Of a DNA stretch of 64,000 nucleotides, positions 40,701-49,700 are shown piece by piece. This DNA comes from Lama glama. Lineage: Eukaryota. The notes under the pieces were generated by a model, which was given only the letters and a program-made list of their open reading frames with translations, was not told the origin of the DNA and ran no database searches. The position numbers and the translations under genes are program-made. Each line of letters opens with the position of its first letter. Position 1 is the stretch's first letter. Location of the stretch: contig CM052820.1 in NCBI GenBank assembly GCA_028534125.1, positions 2,728,001-2,792,000 of the forward strand, in the 5' to 3' direction.

Positions 40701-43700
40701 TGCGGTGGTGGCAGCGAAGCCCGCAGCAGGAAAGCCAGCTTCAGTCAGACCCCCTGCCGCTGCCAGACCTGGGCTTGCCAAGCCTGAGGCCCCTAGGCCT
40801 CTGGTAGCTAAATCAGCTGCTGCCAAGCCGGCCACTGCTAAGTCCGTGGGTAAGAAAGCCACCGACTCATGACGTCCTCATTTACTGTGTCCCGGGCCTG
40901 TCCCTCGGACCCTGTTTACCAAGCAGTCCAAACACAGTCCTTGAGCTGGGATTTGCCATCTAGGGGATGTATTTTGGAAGGTGCTGGTTTGAGCATGGAA
41001 TTGCCAAACCACTGCTCTTTTTCTATGTTAGGAAGCAATCTTCCTCTTCCCCGCCGCGGGGCTGGTGAGCTCCCTGCAAAGAGCCGGTGAAGTGGGCCCC
41101 CAGCGTCTGCTGCCTCCGCCCTCCCACTCTGACCGCCCCAGCCTGCGTCGGGGTGAGCGCAGAACGGCTCATTCTCTCTGCGATGGCAGCAGACAGCCAC
41201 CACCAGCCGTCTCTCCTGGAAATGCCCTGTCTTAAGCTAAAAGGATGAGTTTTAAGTGGACGAGGGTTTAGACCCCGTCGAGGGAGTGAGAGAGAAAGAA
41301 AGAGCCTGTCGTTAGGCTCTCAGGCAGAAGCAGAGGTTTCTTTGCTTGGGGTCTGGGGCCAGACCCACCTCCCTAAGGATGATCCCGGAAGGTCTGGGTG
41401 GAGCTTTGTAATTGCAGACGTCACCCCTGCTGGGAGCACAGGCCCCAGGATGAGGGTCCCGAGCCTCGTGCTGTGGCAATATTGGGGGGGTGTAATTTAA
41501 CACTAAACAAACTGAATCACGTGCGCCTGGGGAGGACAAGTTCCAGGCCGAGTTAGATTCCAGGCAGGGGCTGGGGAGAGGCTGGCTTCAGGGGAGTGTG
41601 CTATTTTATCTTTATCTCAAGACGCTAGAAGAGTCTGTAGAGCCACAAACCACACAGAAGAGCGAAGGCAGGATGTTCGTGCTTATGAAAAAGAGGCAAT
41701 TGTCTTCATTTTATGAACACAGAGAAAGCAGAGTTTCCTTTAAAAAAATCTTACGTCATGCCCTGACGTTTCATGATGTATATTCAACAGGTTTTAAGCT
41801 ACGGGGCTCATTCAGTATTTGAACACTTCAGATTAGCACCCTGGACCATGTGTTTTCAAAATATCTCCTTAATGAGAGATATTTTCAATAGAAAAAAAAA
41901 AAGTAGGTAGATACCTTGCTGATGAATAAGCAGAGTTTCGATCACTGTGAGTTTCATGTTTCACGTCGGCCAGTAGGCACCACATCGGCATTTCTTAGGA
42001 CCTTGAACGAGAAATGAGTTCCCCACCTCACCTGAATTTCAGATCAGCTGTCTGCTGACACATCGCTGTGAGACTTCATCTCTGACCTGCGTGTTGCAGT
42101 CACTGAGGGTTTTGGTTTTTCTCATTCTGTTCTGCTTTGTCTTCCAGTTAAGGCACCCCGAGAGGTCCAGGTGTCCGAGGTCACAGAGAACAGCGCCAGA
42201 CTCCAGTGGGAGAGGCCCGAGCCCCCCAGTGCTTATTTTTATGACCTCATCGTCACCTCGGCCCACGACCAGTCCCTGGTTCTGAGGCAGAACCTCACGG
42301 CCACGGACCGTGTCATCGGGGGTCTGCTCGCCGGGCAGACGTACCACGTGACGGTCGTCTGCTACCTGAGGTCTCAGGTCAGAGCCACCTACCAAGGCAG
42401 CTTCAGTACAAGTAAGTGCGCGGTCAGTTTAAGGAAAGCTGGCACCTGTCTCTGTGTGGGATATAAACGGGGGCAGAAAGCGGATGATTCTTATTCGCTG
42501 ACCTTGTTCTGAATCAGCAACAAGGTTAAGTCAAAGTCCTGGGTGCGCTGGTTGCACCTGACTTTATAAATTAGCAAAATGGAAAGTGGGGTTCCTAGTG
42601 AACTGTTGCCCTGCCTCTGGGGTCCTGGCTCCTTTACGGAGGAAACACCAGAGCCATCTGGCCTGAGCGCAGCCCCTATGCTGGGAGGAGGAAATATACC
42701 CACGCAACCAGTGGGTCTCAGCTGCTCCCCGCGTCCCTGTGTCAGAAGCGTGTTCCATGTTCACTGAACAGAAAACACTGCGGCGTCACTGGCTGCTTTG
42801 GGAGTAGCTGAGGAGTCCATTAGGTCTCAGTGTCCCAGGGGCTGCGGGACGTCCACAGCCACTGTAGGAAGGCCATCAGCGCTTCCCTCCCCTGGTCCAC
42901 CCGCTCGGGCTCTGCCCTCTGCTGTGCTGGCCCGGGGCTCCTCCGCTGCCCTGAGGCCTGCTTCCAGGTCTCCCTTAGTCGCTCATCCCGCCTCTTCTAA
43001 GTCCTTGACGCCCCCTCCCTACCCACTCCCCACCCTCCCCTCCCCCTCCCACTGCAGTTCGCCTTGACCCCTGCTGCCCCCGGGGCGCGGGCCGGGCTGG
43101 GGGCGGTCTCATCGCTGGGCCAGGCCAGCGTTCTTCAGACCGAAGAGGAGCTGTGGCTGAGGAAAGGGGGTTCCCGTCAGTCACCACGCAATCCCTGAGG
43201 TTAGGAGTCCAAAGACCCTATGACCCCAGGGCGCTGTTTTCTTGGATGAAAGCAGAAAGGTTTTGCAGGAAATGAGTGGATTTGTTCAAGTTGAGATTCC
43301 TCCGTTTCCTTGCTGACAGGACTTGGCGGTGCAGGCCACAGGCGCGCGGGGTGAGAGACACCTCCTGGCTCTCCGGCTTCCGGTGGCCCTGCCTTGTGTG
43401 CAGCGTGACCCAGGCAGGCCCCCAGCCCCGGGTTCCCAGGCCCTTCCCTTCCGGGGCTGCCTGCTAGTTGCATGTCTCTTCCTTCTCTAGAGAAAACTCA
43501 GCCGTCACCTCCGCAGACAGTGAAGCCGGCGTCCAGTTCCACCATCAACCTCCTGGTGAGCAGAGACCCGTTGGCTGGGGGTGAAGCAGGTGAGTTGTGG
43601 AGCCGCCGGGCGCGCCGGCAGCACTAGGAGAGCGTCCTCTCGGGGGGCTGGGAGCCCTGGCAGTCTTGTGCTCAGTCGTCTGCTGGGGCTCTGATCCTCA

Positions 43701-46700
43701 GACCAGCCGGGCTCGGCGGAGAAGGCCCCCGGCTGGCTCTGCGCGGCCCAGGTTCCAGGTGGGACTCGCCTCGCCTGTCACCAGGCGCGCAGAAGCAGTG
43801 GGACGAGAGCGGCTGTGGCCGGGAGTTCTCGTGGCCCTTAGTCATGTCCCCTGTGCCTCGTTTTGGGATTAGAGTTGGTTTGTGGTCTGTGATGCAGCAA
43901 AGAGTAGGGTTTCATCCACCCAGTGATTTAATCTAATAAAAAATTGCTTAGAGGAACACAAGACAACTCGGACTGGACTCCATGAAATATGTGGGTTTGG
44001 AAGGGACCCATGGGATCGATGTCCCGGTCCCAATTTCCTAAGCACACACCCTGGCTCAGTCTGTCCTACCCTTCTCCCCGTGCCTGAGCCCCAGTGTGTG
44101 CACATTTTTTGTTAAATCAGTGGCAGCTTAGACATGTCACTGGAACTGGCAGCCGCTTTTGTGCCTGGGCGGCGGAGCTCTGGGAGACCTGTAATCTCTC
44201 AGTCAGCGGAACATGAGCTACGATTGTTGATCCGTGAGAAACCGGTTGATGAAATAGTCGGTGTGCGTTGCTTAAGAGGAGACACTGGTACCAATATCCA
44301 AAGTCAAAAGCCCCGTGGTTATTTAGATACGTTGTTGTTTTATAGACCTCAGAGCAAAAGGTTTCCCCTAATGGAGCCGACTGACTGCTCTGTGAGATAT
44401 TGGCCACAGCGGGGAGGAGGAAGGCAGATCTCTTTACAACGTTTATTTCCATAAAGGGGTGTGATAAGGGACATGGGCTGAGCGCCTCGCTGCTTCCCAC
44501 AGGTTGGAAAGCAGCTGTGTTTTCTTCATACGCACTGCACTGTCAGAAGCACCAGCACATCAGTTTTTGAGCTGCTGGTGAAGGGGCCCCATCTTACTCT
44601 TGCCATCGTAAGTTTTAGGATAATACTTGTTTCTCCATCTCACCCTTTCTGGAGTCCGCACCTGGCTCAGCTGCGTTTAAGTGGAAGTGGGGGGTTTCTG
44701 CCTCCACAGCCCGTCTCTCTGGGGGCCACTTGGGCACAGAGGGCTCCTGGTTCTTTGAGTTGCTTCTGAAGGGAACCGTCTCCATGGCTAGCACAGCACT
44801 TTATTCCATCAGTGGACTTTCCCTACATCCATGTGCGTGTGTTTGTATGAACATCTACATCTGCACATCTGCATCTGTCTGTCTGTCTATCTGTCTTCCC
44901 TTAATTCAGCCACAACCCAGACTGACATGTGGCACCAGAAGTTACTGGAAAGAAGGTAGTGAAGTTGAGGCAGGAGTTGTGAAACTGTTTCACACACAGA
45001 TGTGTAATAACATCCATAAACCAACCACTTACAGAGCTGCAGAATGGTTTAAAACAGCTTGCTTTTGGAAACCGCGTCAGGAAGCGTCTATGTTAGAGAC
45101 AGCCGTGTGCCTTTTTCAAACTCCTGTGGCCTTTCCAGGGGAAGAATTGACAGAGAAAAAAGGAATCCCCGCCTTTTGATACAAATTCATGGGAATGATT
45201 CAGAAGTTCATGGTAGGCTGGGTAGTGAGGTTTTAACTTCTTAGGGATTGTGTAAAAATATTTTTATAAAGACTTTTAATGCTATGATTTTCAACTCAAA
45301 CTTCACAAAAGGGAAGGAAGGATGTGGTGTGATGGTTTGGGATGGAGAAGAAAACTTCGGTCTCAACCCCGTTGATTTCTGCTCATAATTAAAGGGCCAT
45401 GGCTGAGCCTCTGTCCCCTGCCCTGAGGCCGCCCAGCGCGGGGCTTGGGCTCAGAGAAACCACATGGATTTCACCAAAGACCCGGGTCAGGACCAACGAC
45501 AGTCTGACTTCAGGGTCCCTGGAATCAGTGCATACTGTTTCCCGCTCATCGGTAACTCCGCACCTCACAGAGTGTGGGAAAGGTAAAGTTTCTAGCAACT
45601 TTGGTGCTTCACTGACAGAAAACGACTAGGAGTAAAATGACCTGGTGAGGTTCGGGGGGCGTCTCTGGTTCTCTCACGTGTGGTCCAGAAGGGATACGAA
45701 TATATAAGCAGCATTCAGTCAACATAAACAACATGATCTTTAAATAAGAATCTGGCTGGGCTGTTTTTTCAGACTGAGTCACAGGCTCGGAAGTAGGAAG
45801 GTGTTTTCAATCGGACCTTCAGCCCTTCCATCTCTTCTCTTCATGTGACGGAGAGAAAAGAGGTTTTGAAATTGGGGCTTGAGTGTTTTTCAGGGCGACA
45901 AGGAAGAGTGAGATACAGAAGATCAAAAACCCTCCTGCTTTATTTTGATCAGTAGAGAACTCTCAAACCCAGGACTTGATGTTTTCTCACACTTTCACAC
46001 GCGTGTGTGTGTGTGTGTGCGCGTGTTTCCCATCTGGTGATTCAAGTCAGCATGAAGATATAAACAACTCGTTTCTCTTAAGAGCAACGTTCTGCATAAT
46101 TGATCTCTAGCCTGCAAGTAACAAAATAGTGCTTTGCTTGAAGAAGTCGCTTGCTAAATATTTGCTCAGCGAACATATGGGGTGCGCACACAAACACACA
46201 CCCCATTTTGAAAGCTCTTCTCGAATTAAATTCATTGGATGTTTACTTTAAAATGTGTAAATTCAAAATGGGTAAACAGAATCAGGAGAGGAAAGTCGGT
46301 TCCCCCTCCGTCCCCACCTCCCCCCTCCCCTCCCCCATAATTAAAGCACCTTAGGAATTTTCCCCGGGGGTAAAGCATTTTAATGATATTCGTGTTTCTG
46401 CAGACAGAAACAGGAGGCGTGACTACCAAACGTTGTTTATTAAATAACTTTAAAAAATATAGTAACTATTCTTACTCAGTAGGTGCATATATTTAGCATC
46501 CAAGTATCAGCTGCCACAATGTGCATTGTTTCTCCAAAGAGATATTTTCTAGAAAACTCAGGTAAAATAAAATTTAAAAGTAGCTTTTATATGTGGACGT
46601 GAATGCAGTTTAATTTCTCATTTTATTTTAACGCAGCACCAATTCGTTAGAAACACGGTTTGGGCCTGCAGAGAGGTGTTCCTTTCTCAGTGTTCAATGC

Positions 46701-49700
46701 GACATACTTTTCCTTGCCTTTTTACCTCCATGAATAAAAGATGTACTGGGGGTTTTGAGTCCATCTCAAGGAACCAAATTTTGTCATTTGTCAAATTTTG
46801 TTTGCCATTTTGGATTTAGAAACCATGGTAACCAGTGTCTGAATTTATGCAAGAATTTGCAGGCAAAAGCCCTGTGAAATGAATAGGTCTCTGGTCCATG
46901 GCATCCAGTGAGGGGGGAGAAGACTGAGCAGTTCGAATCCCTGTGTTTTCATTGGCGTATGCTAACATTTGCTTGTTTTGCAACTCACATTTAGTAGATA
47001 CTTCTTGAACAGAAATTGGACAGAGGCATGTAATGAGAGGACAGTCTAGCGAGGGGAGTCTCTGTCCCCCACATGAGGCTGGCCCTGCTGGGGCGTGGAG
47101 CGTGAGGTGCGGCAGTAAGAGCTCAACTTGAGGTGGAGGCTGGTGAGCAGACCCTGGCATCATTAACCATTCAAGGTTCCAGACTTTGCAGTTCTACGCG
47201 ATTCCATTTTAAATGGTTAATACTTGTATTTTCCTCCACAAAACAAAAGAAACTCTGTGGGGAAAAAAAATCCCGCCCTATTTTTTGCTCTCCTCAGCAT
47301 CTGCAGGAGTCCCGCCCATGTTTCTGGGATGTGTCTGCTGCCTGTGAGCGGCATTAGCAGCAGCTGAATGGATCTTTCTGTGATTATCACCACAGTTTTG
47401 GAAAAGCATCACCGTGCCAGGCGGGCCCGCAGCATGCTTTGTTACTGCCGGTCCTGAGGGTGCTGCGAAGTTGCTAATGTTGCTTTTAGGTTTTTATCAT
47501 CTCCTCTCTCCTCCTCCTTCTCATTTTTGGCTAAAGAAGCCTTGGGTAGATATTTTCTTTGCATGTGATTAGTAAAGCTAAGACTTTCTGAAGTTTTTAA
47601 ACGTCCAAAAAAAATCTAACTCAGCAAATATGCTTTTTTACAATATTACAAAACAAATTTTAAATTATTGGCCTACCTGTGTGTGAAGAAATGTTTCAAT
47701 GCAGAAGACAGCTGAAATAACAAAGTGTGTGCCATTCTTTTTTTTTTTTCCAACTTTTTCTAGAAATTAGCAATCTGTAGAAATGACATTTTGTCTGAGC
47801 GGGCATCTCCGGGTCAGTCACTCAGCTCAGCTCTATCAGAAATGCGTCCTCCAGTGTTTTGCTTACTTTATCGATCCTGAGATGTACGGTGTCCCCAGCG
47901 CAGTCCTTCGGGACTTGAAATGTTAACTTGAAGTTGATGCCATGTCATGGCTTATTGGCAGCATTTTTTCTTATTTGATGGAACAGACGACAGCAGTGCA
48001 TGGTACAGATAAGATATCTTAGATGTGATGGAACACACTATTTGTTTGGCTGTGTTCTCCCATGAACAGTTCACGTCGGGTGGCATAAAATAATGTGATG
48101 GGGAAAATATATGACTTTATGTTAATAATAATTTAAAGAACTAACTTAACCCCACCAGTTGAGGTAAATTAAATAGCCACAAATATTTTCTCGACTTGGC
48201 TGAAAAGACACAGCCACCTTCAGGGCTGTGTGTTTATCGCTGCGTGAGGACGCAGCTCAGCCAGCTGCCGTGCGTGGGTCATGCTGCGTCTCCAAGGGCA
48301 TTTGGCTTTTTTTTTTCATTAAACTATAAAAGTTTTATGAAATAAAATCTATTGGTCAAGATCCAAAAGAGCCACAATTACATTTAAAATAATGTTAAAA
48401 ATACAAATAAATTTCCTTGGTACGTTTGGAGCCCATACATACTTAAAACTGTGGACACAGGAAAGGTTTTCTCATTCAGGCCAATTGTACCTGCTTCTGA
48501 GGTTTGGAAGCACTTAAACCCTGTCACCCATGTCTGGTCCCAAGGCAGTGAACCTTTTTCTTGTTTTGAAACCATTAATCTGACGAGGAACATACTTGCA
48601 CGCACCTACACTGCGGCGCAAACGCTTGCCGCTCGGCCCCCACAGCTTCGCTTAGGAAAGCGCTTACGCGCTGATAGCTCACTGGTCTGGGAAGTGTCAG
48701 AGCTGACGCCTTTGAAATGCTGCTTTTAGACAGCAGAGAATCTCCAACTATAACAAAAGCAAGCGTTTCCAATTCAACATGCTTTCACTTTCAAATAGTA
48801 ATTGTCTTTCCTAGTAATAAAATAATAGATATTCATTTGTGAGGAATTCAGCACAAACAGAAAAATGTGAGAAGAGGGTGACTCTTACAGTCACAGCACT
48901 GACAGCCCCCGACGACCACCGTCAAGGACCCAGGGTGTGTCCTGCCTGGTTTTTTCCATGAACGTGACATGTGGACGGACACACACACACACACACATAA
49001 GCACAGGCCTTGTTTCTCTGGGTGTCTTCCACCACGTGGCTGTTATTCTAGGACGTCCTACGTTGGCTCCTGCGGCTTCTGGACACGGGATTCCCCAGAC
49101 AGGGTTTTCCAGACATCACGCCTACATCAGTTTCCTCCGGTGTTTGGACGCTCACTGGGGACCAGTCACTGTTCCACCAGGAAGTCTCACCAGGTGGAGA
49201 TCCGAATAAGGCAACCTCTCGAGCCTTTCTTTTAAAATGAAGCTTACTTACATTATAATTCTAGGCAAACATGGACCAGGAAAGGTTATTGATAATGTCC
49301 TCCCCGTGGCCTCTTAGGCTCCCGTTGGGTCCCCAGCATAAGGAAGAGAAAAGCATCGAATCCACAGCCAGACGCTCCCCTTGGGTCAAGGCCTCCAGAC
49401 TCCCCCAGGCCGGACCCAAAGGGCAAACTCCTTCTGGAGGGAAACGTGTACAACTGTCAAGTCCAAAGACTTGTTCTTGGGAAAACTCACCGAGGTCCAG
49501 CCATCCCTCTTTGGGCTACAGGACATTTTAATTTCTTGGACCTTGAAACAGTCGTTTTAGCATCTGTAGACATAGCTCAGGCGAGTCCAGCCTGCATGTG
49601 TCTCAGGAATCAAAATGATGGGCGTTTAAAACTGTGAGTCTTCTTAAGAGCAGAATACCTCCCGCTGTGATGCTTTGAAAGCGGAGAGTCCAGGTTTTTG

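Noticed and set aside
40041-40862. 273-aa minus-strand Ala/Gly-rich repeat ORF
   Set aside because: Reverse frame of the C3 15-nt repeat, which lacks stops for compositional reasons.
41858-41885. 10-bp inverted repeat AAAATATCTC/GAGATATTTT (similar 8-bp hairpin at 16995-17012)
   Set aside because: Short and AT-rich; no miRNA- or MITE-like context, so not distinguishable from chance.
45395-45582. Exon-like segment in intron 42 (aag|GGCCATGG...GAAAG|gtaaag)
   Set aside because: 188 nt, not frame-preserving; read in the required phase 1 it hits TGA within about 10 codons; weak pyrimidine tract.
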